Part shown: positions 1 to 8,734 of the stretch, piece by piece
Numbering within the stretch: position 1 is the stretch's first letter
How the letters are laid out: each line of letters starts with the position of its first letter
Assembly: GCA_041498975.1 (NCBI GenBank)
Contig: JBGQJI010000046.1
Span: 1 to 16,781, forward strand
From: Candidatus Methylomirabilis sp.
GTDB lineage: Bacteria; Methylomirabilota; Methylomirabilia; Methylomirabilales; Methylomirabilaceae
DNA length: 16,781 nucleotides
Direction of reading: 5' to 3'
Notes under the pieces: generated by a model
Database searches by the model: none
Told to the model about the DNA's origin: nothing
What the model saw: only the letters and a program-made list of their open reading frames with translations
Program-made: the position numbers and the translations under genes

Positions 1-651
1 GGGCTCGGCGATGATGATGTCTCCCAGCATCGAGAAGCTGGCCGTGACCCCACCCGTCGTCGGATCAGCGAGGAGAGAGATGTACGGAATCCCCGCACGC
101 CCCAGGCGCGCGAGGGCGGCGCTGGTTTTCGCCATCTGCATCAGGGAGAGCACTCCCTCTTGCATCCGGGCGCCGCCCGTGCAAGAGACCAGAATCAACG
201 GCGAACGGGTGGTAAGGGCCCGCTCGACCGCTCGAGTGATCTTCTCCCCTACGACGGAGGCCATGCTTCCACCCATGAAAAAGAATTCCATGACGCCGAC
301 CACCACCCGGTGCCCACCGATAGTTCCGACCCCGCTCAGCAAGGCGTCCTCTAATCCGGTCTCCTTTTTGGCCGACTTTACGCGATCCGGGTAGGCCTTG
401 GAGTCCCTGAATCCCAGCGGATCGAGCGGACGGAGCCCGGCGTCGCTCTCCTGGAACGTGTCAGGGTCGAGCAGGAGGCGGATCCACTCGTGGGAGCCGA
501 TGCGGAAATGACGCTGGCATTTCGGGCAGACGTGGCTATTTCGTTCGACCTCGCGCTTGTACAGGATCTCCTTGCAACTGTCGCACTTGATCCAGATCCC
601 TTTAGGGGCCTTCCCTTTTTCCGACGGCGGCTGCGGCTTGGACACGGCCAT
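1..651 (-). CDS. accD: Acetyl-CoA carboxylase carboxyltransferase beta subunit (3' end runs off the window)
   Basis: Not in the ORF track because it has no stop in the window. Manual translation from ATG 651 (GGAG RBS upstream) gives MAVSKPQPPSEKGKAPKGIWIKCDSCKEILYKREVERNSHVCPKCQRHFRI (C4 zinc finger), then GGARMQEGVLSLMQMAKTSAAL and DPTTGGVTASFSMLGDIIIAEP, which are AccD hallmark motifs. Confidence 0.97.
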   Translation of the reverse strand, partial: MAVSKPQPPSEKGKAPKGIWIKCDSCKEILYKREVERNSHVCPKCQRHFRIGSHEWIRLLLDPDTFQESDAGLRPLDPLGFRDSKAYPDRVKSAKKETGLEDALLSGVGTIGGHRVVVGVMEFFFMGGSMASVVGEKITRAVERALTTRSPLILVSCTGGARMQEGVLSLMQMAKTSAALARLGRAGIPYISLLADPTTGGVTASFSMLGDIIIAEP

Positions 652-680
652 GGTCGATCTCTCCACTGGTGGCGACAGGT

Positions 681-702
681 GGAACGTTACGAGGAACGTT
701 AC
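681..702. repeat. Direct repeat GGAACGTTAC x2 (12-nt period)
   Basis: Identical 10-mers at 681-690 and 693-702, each containing the AACGTT palindrome, in the divergent accD / di-heme intergenic region. Confidence 0.6.
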
Positions 703-874
703 ACCGATACCCCGGTTCTGTCAAGACAGCAGCAGGGGGCCCTGCCCCCTCGGCTCGTGCCGTTCTAACTTCATCCCCCTCACACGACGATGACCCGCAG
801 GCATCCGGATCGGCCTTCGCAAAGGCTTATCATTTCTTCTTATCTTCTTACGCTCTTCAATCTGTGCTATGGTC

Positions 875-890
875 TGGCACGTTTATTGCT
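875..890 (+). promoter_or_regulatory. Sigma-54 (-24/-12) promoter for the di-heme gene
   Basis: TGGCAC-GTTTA-TTGCT matches the RpoN consensus TGGCAC-N5-TTGCW with exact GG-N10-GC spacing. It is intergenic, points toward the ORF at 1086, and has an AT-rich tract upstream (~826-850). Confidence 0.75.
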
Positions 891-970
891 CTAGTTTGTG
901 GACGCTATTCCCTTCAGACTGCCAACCTGAGGAGGGCCCTCCCAGCTCAATCGAACCACATCCATGCATG

Positions 971-999
971 ATAGATGGTGACTTCATAGATGGTGACTT
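971..999. repeat. Direct repeat ATAGATGGTGACTT x2 (15-nt period)
   Basis: Identical 14-mers at 971-984 and 986-999. Confidence 0.7.
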
Positions 1000-1085
1000 G
1001 ACATGGCCAGCTTGCGCGAAAAGGGGTGGCTCAGATACGGAGTTCCCCGCCGTGGATAACCCCGTAACACAAGGAGGAGGATGAG

Positions 1086-2282
1086 ATGCTAAGGCCCCCT
1101 AAGCGGTCCCTTTTTTTTGCCCTCGTTGCCATCGGAAGCCTCTTTTCGTTCCCACTCGGACCAGCGATCACAGATAGCATGGTCGAGTCGGGATTTGGTG
1201 ATCCGTTGTCGGGCCTTAGCCCGGATGATCTTGAGCTGTTCGATGCTGGGAAGGAGGATTTCCTCCAAGTCGAAGAGGTGATAGACGGATTGGGCCCCGG
1301 CTTCAACGCACGCTCGTGCGGGGAGTGCCACTCGTTCCCGACCACGGGTGGAGGCAGCGCAGTAAATGAGGTTCGCTTCGGGCGAAACGTCGGGGGCATC
1401 TTCGACCCTTTGGCTTCAAAAGGCGGCTCTTTGTTGCAGCTATTTGCTATCGAGCCGAAGTGCCAAGAAGTGTTACCTCACGAGGCCAACAAAGTGGGCG
1501 GCCGGCAGACCACCGCGCTGTTTGGAGCTGGTCTGGTCGAGGCGATCCCGGACGGCCAGATCCTTAATTACGCTAACTACCAGCACGTTAAGTACCCCTT
1601 CCAGGCCGGTCGCCCCCACATGGTGACGAGCGCGTCCGATGGCCAGGACCACGTCGGCCGATTCGGGTGGAAGGCGCAGCAGGCGCTTCTGCTGGATTTC
1701 AGCGGCGACGCGTACCTCAATGAGATGGGTATCACGAACTTCCTGTTCCCGCTCGAGAATGCGCCGAACGGGGATGAAGCACTGTTGGCCGAGTGCGATA
1801 CCGTCGATGACCCCGAAGACACGGTAGATCCAAGCACCGGCCGGCGGGGGATCGATAACTTCACGAATTTCATGCGGTTCCTCGCGCCGCCGCCCCGCGG
1901 ACCCATCACGACCCGGGTCCTCCAAGGCGAGGCGCTTTTTCACCTGGCCGATTGCACGCTCTGTCATCGTCCGTCGTATACCGCCGTCAGTTCCCATTCG
2001 GTCATCAACGGCCAAATGGTGAACGCCTTTTCCGATTTCTTGCTGCATGACATCGGAACTGGCGATGGGATCGCTCTGGGCAACGCTAGACCCAACGAAT
2101 TCCGTACGGCGCCTCTCTGGGGTCTGAGAGTCGGCGCGCCCTACCTGCACGATGGGTCCGCGGCCACGCCGCTTCAGGCCATCCTTGCGCATGGCAAGCA
2201 GGCCGATTCGGCCCGCAGGCGGTTTGAGCGGCTATCGGCCGACCAACAAGGGGCGCTTCTGGCGTTCCTGAACTCATTGTAG
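1086..2282 (+). CDS. Secreted di-heme c-type oxidoreductase (DUF1111-like)
   Basis: 398 aa with an N-terminal signal-like segment. Two CxxCH motifs: CGECH (1317-1331) and CTLCH (1953-1967). Family-typical motifs GLGPxFN, GRFGWKA, AYLNEMGIT, SDFLLHD, FRTAPLWG, PYLHDG. Strong RBS AAGGAGGAGG at 1071-1080. Confidence 0.88.
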   Translation: MLRPPKRSLFFALVAIGSLFSFPLGPAITDSMVESGFGDPLSGLSPDDLELFDAGKEDFLQVEEVIDGLGPGFNARSCGECHSFPTTGGGSAVNEVRFGRNVGGIFDPLASKGGSLLQLFAIEPKCQEVLPHEANKVGGRQTTALFGAGLVEAIPDGQILNYANYQHVKYPFQAGRPHMVTSASDGQDHVGRFGWKAQQALLLDFSGDAYLNEMGITNFLFPLENAPNGDEALLAECDTVDDPEDTVDPSTGRRGIDNFTNFMRFLAPPPRGPITTRVLQGEALFHLADCTLCHRPSYTAVSSHSVINGQMVNAFSDFLLHDIGTGDGIALGNARPNEFRTAPLWGLRVGAPYLHDGSAATPLQAILAHGKQADSARRRFERLSADQQGALLAFLNSL

Positions 2283-2597
2283 GTGGTCGAACAGGGAGCC
2301 CATACTAAGAGAATCCGGTTGGAAGAGATCAGGAATGGGGTCGATCATGCCGGATGAACAGTGTGCCAAACGTGTCAAGGGAGGGTACCATCGAGGGGAG
2401 ATCGCCTGAATTAAATACATAGTGCTATGAAATTTCTGGCATCGAGACCATAAACGATCTCCTGGGCCGACTCCCCGGTCCACGTCGTGACGGGCCGTGG
2501 GCCGCATTGAGGACGAATCAGGTTGCGACTCCGCCATCCGGGTGTTAGGCTTGCAGAAGAAGCGCAGCCTCGCATTCAGCGCCACGATGGTCCCAGG

Positions 2598-3551
2598 ATG
2601 ATAGACAATCACGTCGAACGGATCGCCCGCCTGCAGGCGAACATCGAGCAGGTCCTTTTCGGCAAGCCCGAGCCGATACGCCTGTCCATCGTCGCACTGC
2701 TCGCCCGGGGCCATCTGTTGATCGAAGACATCCCGGGCGTCGGAAAGACCACCCTCGCTCAGGCGCTTGCCCGATCCCTGGGCGGCAGCTTCCAGCGGAT
2801 CCAGTTTACCAGCGACCTCCTTCCCTCCGATATCCTCGGCGTCTCCATCTACGATCCCCGGCAGGGTCAGTTCGAGTTCAAGCCGGGCCCCATCTTCGCC
2901 AACGTCGTCCTGGCCGACGAAATCAACCGGACCACCCCCAAGACCCAGTCAAGCCTCCTCGAGGCGATGAATGACTATCAGGTATCGGTCGATCACCACA
3001 CGTATCCGCTCCCGCAGCCATTCCTGGTGCTGGCCACTCAAAACCCGCTCGAGTACCACGGCACGCACCCGCTGCCCGAGTCTCAAATGGACCGGTTCCT
3101 GTTAAGGCTGAGACTTGGCTACCCAGACCGGAATGAGGAGAAACGGATCCTGCGAGCCCAGGCCGCTTCTGCCACGCTTGATCGGTTGCAGCCGGTGCTG
3201 AACCAGGACGAACTGCTCACGCTGCAGCAAATGGTGGGACAGGTCCGGATCGAGGAATCCCTCGTGGACTACCTGATGGCCATCGTCGATGCCACCCGCC
3301 GCTGCGAGGGCTTGACGCTCGGCGTGAGCCCGAGGGGGGCCCTTGCCCTTTACAGGGCAGCGCAGGCGCTTGCCTTGATCCAGGGCCGTGACTACTGCGT
3401 TCCGGATGATGTCAAGCGGCTCGCCATCCCAGTGCTCGCCCACCGACTCCTGGTCAAGGGAGGCTGGACCGGTCGTGGCGGCGGCCAGGGCTTTGATGCG
3501 GCGGCGCATCTCCTCCAGAATTTACTCGCAGAGATCCAGGTGCCTGACTGA
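2598..3551 (+). CDS. MoxR-family AAA+ ATPase
   Basis: Walker [21 protein letters not shown], Walker [24 protein letters not shown]. Start moved to ATG 2598 (MIDNHV) on family length; the track's start at 2523 adds a non-conserved-looking extension. Confidence 0.93.
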   Translation: MIDNHVERIARLQANIEQVLFGKPEPIRLSIVALLARGHLLIEDIPGVGKTTLAQALARSLGGSFQRIQFTSDLLPSDILGVSIYDPRQGQFEFKPGPIFANVVLADEINRTTPKTQSSLLEAMNDYQVSVDHHTYPLPQPFLVLATQNPLEYHGTHPLPESQMDRFLLRLRLGYPDRNEEKRILRAQAASATLDRLQPVLNQDELLTLQQMVGQVRIEESLVDYLMAIVDATRRCEGLTLGVSPRGALALYRAAQALALIQGRDYCVPDDVKRLAIPVLAHRLLVKGGWTGRGGGQGFDAAAHLLQNLLAEIQVPD

Positions 3552-3565
3552 CCGATAGGTGACCG

Positions 3566-4696
3566 ATGCGCGCTTCCACCTCCGTCCAAGCGCGGCTAAG
3601 GGCTTGGTTCCGCCTGCCTCGGGTGATCCGTCCCGCCCGCGAAGGATGGTGGTACCTGTCTGTGACGATGGCCGTCGGGGTAGCTGCGACTAACACCGGC
3701 AACAACCTGCTCTACCTGATTCTCAGCATGCTGCTGGCGGGAATCATCGTGTCCGGCCTCCTGTCGGAGCAAACGTTGCGCGGGGTCGCCGTTCGGCGTG
3801 AGCTGGCCCGCCCACTTTTTGCGGGCCAACCGGCATTCGGCCGAGTGCTGGTCGCGAACCGCAAGCGCCGCCTTCGCTCCTTCTCACTTCGGATCCGCCA
3901 GATAGATCCCAACGGGACTCCCAGTCTCCTCGCGTATCTGCCGCACCTGGCCCCCGCGAGTGAGGCCCAAACGGCGTACAAGACCCGTTTCGAGCGCCGA
4001 GGCCTCGTGCGACTGCCGGCGATCCAGACTACCACGGGCTTCCCTTTCGGCCTGTTTGTCAAGGCGACCCAGCCCCAGGCCGGGGAGGAGGTGCTCGTTC
4101 TGCCGAGAATCGTCCCTCTTCCGGCCGATCTGGTGCAGGCGCTGGACGAGGCGGGGGTCTCGGCACGGCCGGTACGTGGGCCAGGCGCGGACCTTCACGA
4201 CCTGCGCCCCTTCCGGGTCGGGGACGATCCTCGCCTGATCCACTGGAAGCAATCGGCCAAGCTGGATCGGCCGATGGTGAAGGAGTTGGAGTCGGAAGAG
4301 GGCGGACGGATCACGCTGATTCTCGTGGACCCGACGCCTTCGCCGCAAAAACCCGATGAGCTCGAACGACTGGAACAGGACATCACGTTTGTCGCCTCGC
4401 TCGCCGCTCACCTGCTGCAGAGGGGGGGCGAGATCGAGGTTCGCGATCGTGGCGGCCGGCAGGGAGCCCTTCGGGGCGAGGCAGGATTGTTTCACCTGCT
4501 CGAGCATCTCGCCCGCTACGAGCCGCCTGACTCAGTCGAGGCGCCCGGACCGGTGGGCGCGGGTGATGGTGCACCGCATGAGGCAACAACCGTCACGGTG
4601 TGGCTCGGGCGGGGACTTGTCGCAATCCCCGGATCAGCCGGCGAGGGAGGCCGCCTCGTGAGGGTCGCGCTGCCGCCACAGGAGATGACTCGGTGA
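3566..4696 (+). CDS. DUF58 domain membrane-anchored protein (MoxR partner)
   Basis: N-terminal hydrophobic hairpin with AATNTGNNLLYL, FPFGLF, and the DUF58 core LRPFRVGDDPRLIHWKQSAK. Lies directly downstream of the MoxR gene. Confidence 0.9.
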   Translation: MRASTSVQARLRAWFRLPRVIRPAREGWWYLSVTMAVGVAATNTGNNLLYLILSMLLAGIIVSGLLSEQTLRGVAVRRELARPLFAGQPAFGRVLVANRKRRLRSFSLRIRQIDPNGTPSLLAYLPHLAPASEAQTAYKTRFERRGLVRLPAIQTTTGFPFGLFVKATQPQAGEEVLVLPRIVPLPADLVQALDEAGVSARPVRGPGADLHDLRPFRVGDDPRLIHWKQSAKLDRPMVKELESEEGGRITLILVDPTPSPQKPDELERLEQDITFVASLAAHLLQRGGEIEVRDRGGRQGALRGEAGLFHLLEHLARYEPPDSVEAPGPVGAGDGAPHEATTVTVWLGRGLVAIPGSAGEGGRLVRVALPPQEMTR

Positions 4697-6843
4697 CCTT
4701 CGACCAGTGGTTCCGGCTCTCCTCCCTCCTCCTCCTCGGCGACGGTCTGCTGGCCCTCTGGATGGCCGGCTTACTCGGCTCGGCCGAGGCCCTTCTCGTC
4801 GGGCTTGGTCTGATCCTCGGTCTCAGAAGCGAGGCCCAAAGTCTCTCGCCTCGGTCCAGACGGATCGCGCAGCGGATCGCCATGGGCCTCTTGCCCCTCC
4901 TCCTCGCTGCCGATGTCCTGTACCTCGCCGATTCTCTCCTGCACGGCCTGATCCACCTGCTCACTCTTCTGGGGCTCCTCAAGCTCTTTCTCCGCACAAA
5001 CGACCGGGATTTTCGCGACCTCTTCATCATCAGCTTCTTTCAACTGGTGGCGGCGTCGGCCACCACGACCAGCGTGGGCTTTCTGGTGGTCTTCCTCCTC
5101 TACCTGTTCCTCGGGATCTGGGCCTTCCTCCTGCTTCACCTGAAGCAGGAAGGGGTGGATAGGAGCCCTGAATGGAGCGCGCTGCCCGCCAAGCTCCTTC
5201 CCACCAGCCTGGCCGTCTCCTGCACGGTCCTCCTGCTCAGTGTCGTGCTCTTCATCGCCATCCCCCGGGCGGGGCGGGCCTTTCTCCCCCGGAAGGCGAT
5301 GGCAGGTGCGATGGTGGCCGGCTTCTCGGAGAAGGTCGAGCTGGGTAGCTTGGGCAAGATCCAGACTGAGACGAGCATCGTCATGCGGATCAGGCTGCCG
5401 AACGTGCGGCCCGAAGATCTCCATCGGCTCCCCCTCCGCTGGCGGGGGGTGGCGTTCGATCGGTTCGACGGCACCACCTGGACGATGACGGGACCGGAGC
5501 GAGAGCCCCCCGAGCGAAGCCGCGGGGGGCTTGCGACCTTCGGGGCGCCATCCGGAGCGGGGCGGCTAGTCCGCCAGGAGATCCAGCTCGAACCGATCGG
5601 CACAGACGTCCTGTTTGCCGCGCCCCGGCTGATCCAGATGCTTGGCGATTTCCCGCGCCTTTTCACCGACGCGAGAGACACCGTCAGTCTCCCGAGCCCA
5701 CCTTCCAACCGGATGACGTACCTGGCCCTCTCCGAGCTGGAGACCGCCGATTCCAGCGCCCTATCGGGTGCGGAGGGGACGTATCCCGACGCGATCCGGG
5801 AAACGTATCTTCAGCTCCCGCCGCTGGTCCCGAGGGTCAGGGCCCTGGCAGAGGAGCTGGCCAGGGGCGCGCGTACTCCCCTCGAGGTCGCCCGCCGGGT
5901 TGAGGCTCATCTCCGCGAGAGATATCGCTACACCCTCGATCTGCAAAGGGACAGCCGGTTCGATCCGCTCGATGATTTCCTGTTCGTCCAGCGCGAAGGC
6001 AATTGCGAGTATTTCGCCGCCAGCATGGCGGTGCTGCTCAGGGCTGCGGGGATTCCGGCCAGGGTGGTGAATGGGTTTCAACGTGGGGAATGGAACGAAT
6101 ACGGCGGCTACCTCGCGGTGAAGCAGCGGGATGCCCATTCCTGGGTCGAGGTCTATTTCCCTCGGGGCCGCTGGCTTACGTTCGATCCATCGCCGAGAGC
6201 GAGCAGCGAGGCGTCCAGGAACGCCCTCCTCGCCCGCGTCTCCAGATACCTGGATGCGCTCGGCATGCGATGGGACCGCTACGTCGTCTCGTACAATCTC
6301 TCCGATCAGCTTCGCATCGTGTCGGTCACGAGGCGGCGAGCCGATCTGCTTCGATGGCAGGCGCTCGGACTCTTCCGGGGATTCGAGCGGGCGGCGAAGG
6401 CCGCAGCGCACGCCCTCGCGGCTAGACTCCATGCAGGCGGGCTGCTCCTGCTGGCGATCACCATCGCGTGCGCGGGTCTGGTGGTGGCGGTGCGCAAAGG
6501 GGCATTCGGCTGGGGCCGCTTCGGGAAGCGGGGCGGCCAGGGTACCGTGCAATTCTACCGAGAGCTGCTCGGCCTGCTGGCCCGCAAAGGCTTTGTCAAG
6601 GGAAGGGACATCACACCCCGTGAGTTCGCGGCATCCGTGGAGGCAGATGGCCGGTCCGAATTTGCAGGGGTCTCGCAGGTCGTCGAAAGCTACTACCGGG
6701 TCCGTTACGGCGCCCGACAGATCTCCGCATCGGAGCACGCGCGCATCGCACAGATCCTCCACCGTCTTGCCACTGGGCAAGTCCAGCGGCCAGCCGCTGT
6801 CGGACGCGACCGGATTCCATCCTCAGACGTTTCCGACGCCTAA
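4693..6843 (+). CDS. Membrane transglutaminase-like protein (TgpA type: DUF3488 TM region, transglutaminase core, DUF4129-like C-terminus)
   Basis: GTG 4693 overlaps the DUF58 stop (GTGA) with a CAGGAG RBS. Multiple N-terminal TM helices. Catalytic motifs GNCEYFAASM, DAHSWVEVY and WLTFDPS supply the Cys-His-Asp triad. C-terminal TPREF and YYRVRYG. Confidence 0.92.
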   Translation: MTFDQWFRLSSLLLLGDGLLALWMAGLLGSAEALLVGLGLILGLRSEAQSLSPRSRRIAQRIAMGLLPLLLAADVLYLADSLLHGLIHLLTLLGLLKLFLRTNDRDFRDLFIISFFQLVAASATTTSVGFLVVFLLYLFLGIWAFLLLHLKQEGVDRSPEWSALPAKLLPTSLAVSCTVLLLSVVLFIAIPRAGRAFLPRKAMAGAMVAGFSEKVELGSLGKIQTETSIVMRIRLPNVRPEDLHRLPLRWRGVAFDRFDGTTWTMTGPEREPPERSRGGLATFGAPSGAGRLVRQEIQLEPIGTDVLFAAPRLIQMLGDFPRLFTDARDTVSLPSPPSNRMTYLALSELETADSSALSGAEGTYPDAIRETYLQLPPLVPRVRALAEELARGARTPLEVARRVEAHLRERYRYTLDLQRDSRFDPLDDFLFVQREGNCEYFAASMAVLLRAAGIPARVVNGFQRGEWNEYGGYLAVKQRDAHSWVEVYFPRGRWLTFDPSPRASSEASRNALLARVSRYLDALGMRWDRYVVSYNLSDQLRIVSVTRRRADLLRWQALGLFRGFERAAKAAAHALAARLHAGGLLLLAITIACAGLVVAVRKGAFGWGRFGKRGGQGTVQFYRELLGLLARKGFVKGRDITPREFAASVEADGRSEFAGVSQVVESYYRVRYGARQISASEHARIAQILHRLATGQVQRPAAVGRDRIPSSDVSDA

Positions 6844-6938
6844 CAGGCCACTTCTCAGAGACTCATCCCAGCCCCGAGGCCCCCTCCTTGCCCCCGGGCG
6901 CGCATCACCACGGCTTCACCGCGACTTCGTACGAGTGC

Positions 6939-7460
6939 TTACTTGGAAGAGATCACGCCGCAAGCGATCCTGGCCCCGGCGTTTCCGGCGGGGTCCGTCA
7001 TGTCGTCATCTGCAACCGCATGGATGACAAGGGCAGAGCCTTCGCGACCGAAGAGAGAATTCTCGGCCTGCTCCAGAGTGACCTGCGAGGCAACGACCTC
7101 GGCGGTAGCGGTGCCATCAGGCCCTACGACTAGGTTGGGTAGATCCCCCGCATGCGCGCCTGCTGGATTCTTCACCCCATGCTTCTTTCCGTCCGGGTTA
7201 AAGTGGCCGCCGGCCGACATAAAGGTGGGCGGATCGCACCTGCCGACGGCGTGGATATGGAACCCATGTGGGCCAGGGGTGAGCTTCCAGGCCTCCAATG
7301 ATATTCTGACGCCCCCCTGCTGCTGGGTAAGAGTCGCGCGACCCACCGTCTTTCCCTTTGAGCTGAGCAGCTCTACCTCAGCCGTCTGGGCGCTCGCCTG
7401 ACTGTAGGCGATAGCGCTAAAGAGAAGAAATGCCCCTGCAACGAACGCTGTGCGCTCCAT
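6939..7460 (-). CDS. sodC: Periplasmic Cu/Zn superoxide dismutase
   Basis: Signal peptide, then HGFHIH, SAGGHFNP, KKHG, HAGDLPNL, LVIHA and GNAGARIACGVI. All canonical Cu/Zn ligands and both disulfide Cys appear present. GGAGGAG RBS. Confidence 0.97.
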   Translation of the reverse strand: MERTAFVAGAFLLFSAIAYSQASAQTAEVELLSSKGKTVGRATLTQQQGGVRISLEAWKLTPGPHGFHIHAVGRCDPPTFMSAGGHFNPDGKKHGVKNPAGAHAGDLPNLVVGPDGTATAEVVASQVTLEQAENSLFGREGSALVIHAVADDDMTDPAGNAGARIACGVISSK

Positions 7461-7578
7461 GTTCTCCTCCCGGTCATGTTGTTGTGTGGCTCCACCTCGC
7501 CCACTGCTTCATTGCCGAACGGCTTCATTGATCCGCTAAGACCCCAGCTAGAGGTTCTTACTGAATCGGCACGACAAA

Positions 7579-7623
7579 TGACGATTATGCGTCAGTATAA
7601 CAGGGCCGTGCGACCCGCTTCAA
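7579..7623 (-). promoter_or_regulatory. Candidate sigma-70 promoter of sodC with an overlapping palindromic operator
   Basis: On the minus strand: TTGAAG (7623-7618), 18 nt, then TATACT (7599-7594) with an extended-10 TG. Immediately followed by the inverted repeat TGACG-N6-CGTCA (7579-7594). Confidence 0.5.
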
Positions 7624-7705
7624 CACCATTTCTGCAGCTTGGTCGCGATAACTTCGCCGCAGCAGACCAAGCTAGGTCGTTCGCGAGTCTGGCCCGGTCA
7701 GTGAT

Positions 7706-8191
7706 CTACCAGAGCGGCGAGTTCGGATACCGTCGGGCCAACCATCGATCGAGTCCGAACGAACGCCCGGAACGGGCGAGAAACACCACCACCAGACCGG
7801 CCATGAACCCCTGATCCGAGGTAGTGCCCGGCGACCCACCCCCTTTCGCCAAGAAGAAGTTGAGCGTCAGCAAGATTCCCCCCAAGGCTGCCAGCCTCGT
7901 GAAGAGGCCGAACAGAAGCGCCAGGCCGGCCAGTATCATCCCCCAGGTAACGAGCTGGGCAAAGAGTTGATGATGGGGGATGGCCACGCTCTTCAGGAAT
8001 GGCTTGTACCACTGAAACGCCCTATCGTTGGCCCACGGGAGGAGTAGCTTCTCCAAGGCGCCGGGGCGAGTGAAGCCGCTGGTCAACTTCCCGAGCCCAT
8101 CAAACAGGAAGTAATAGCCGAAAAAGATGCGCAAGAGCGCCACCTGCCAAAGCTTTGTCTCCTCCTCCCAATTGCCCCTGAGCACGGTCAC
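7706..8191 (-). CDS. DoxX/DoxD-family membrane protein
   Basis: About 4 TM helices. LLRIFFGxxFxxxGLGK, WYKPFL, GLALLFGLFTRLAA and GRSFGLD are DoxX-like patterns. GTG start with AAAGGAG RBS. Confidence 0.85.
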   Translation of the reverse strand: MTVLRGNWEEETKLWQVALLRIFFGYYFLFDGLGKLTSGFTRPGALEKLLLPWANDRAFQWYKPFLKSVAIPHHQLFAQLVTWGMILAGLALLFGLFTRLAALGGILLTLNFFLAKGGGSPGTTSDQGFMAGLVVVFLARSGRSFGLDRWLARRYPNSPLW

Positions 8192-8332
8192 GTGTCACTC
8201 CTTTCGGGTGATGCTGGCGCTAGCAGGCGTCGCCGATTTCCGGGCCTGCCCCAATCCTTTCCGGAACTGCCCAATGCGTTCCCCCACCTGAGTAGTTCAC
8301 GCGAGCCGATCACGAGCCGCGTAAATGCGAAG

Positions 8333-8731
8333 TTACTTCACGCTGAAGATGAAACGGCCTCGCGCCGGATGGCCGTCGAGGGAAAGTATCCTCCAGCGGA
8401 TCACGTACGACCCGGGGGAGAGCTTCCCGAGTTGCACAACGAGATTCGTCCGGTCCTGCGGGTTCACCCGCGAGATCCCATTCTCAACGCGCCTGCCATC
8501 CGCATCGGTTACCTCGATCGAGTTGAACTCATCTTCGAGGCGCTCGTTAAACCAGAGCTTCACCTCGGCTGGCGCCATAGCGAGCGCCTCGAAGGCCAGA
8601 GGCTGGGAGCGGATCAACTTGGCGTGAGCGAGCACCTCGGGGGTGGCCAAGAAACCGCCCAGGAAGAGCAGTCCGCACAGGGCGCCCGCTATTTGCTTCG
8701 CGAACTGCGGCGCAACCGATCCCGGCAACAC
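8333..8731 (-). CDS. copC: CopC-family periplasmic copper-binding protein (second copy)
   Basis: Signal peptide ending VLA, mature N-terminal His (HAKLIRSQP), LWFNE, and C-terminal WRILSLDGH Cu(II) motif. Confidence 0.9.
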   Translation of the reverse strand: MLPGSVAPQFAKQIAGALCGLLFLGGFLATPEVLAHAKLIRSQPLAFEALAMAPAEVKLWFNERLEDEFNSIEVTDADGRRVENGISRVNPQDRTNLVVQLGKLSPGSYVIRWRILSLDGHPARGRFIFSVK

Positions 8732-8734
8732 CTG

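Noticed and set aside
11..394. 127-aa plus-strand ORF (also 160-354 and 490-768)
   Set aside because: Antisense shadow of accD, which has clear motifs on the minus strand.
681..999. Short direct repeats as a CRISPR array or IS target-site duplications
   Set aside because: Only two near-adjacent copies of each, no spacers, and no cas or transposase gene.
998..1003. TTGACA as a sigma-70 -35 box
   Set aside because: No plausible -10 hexamer 16-18 nt downstream.
5761..6780. 339-aa minus-strand ORF and the 298-aa plus ORF 6131-7027
   Set aside because: Both overlap the transglutaminase gene and have no recognisable domain.
6844..6938. Intrinsic terminator between the convergent transglutaminase and sodC genes
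   Set aside because: GC-rich, but no clean stem followed by a U-tract on either strand.
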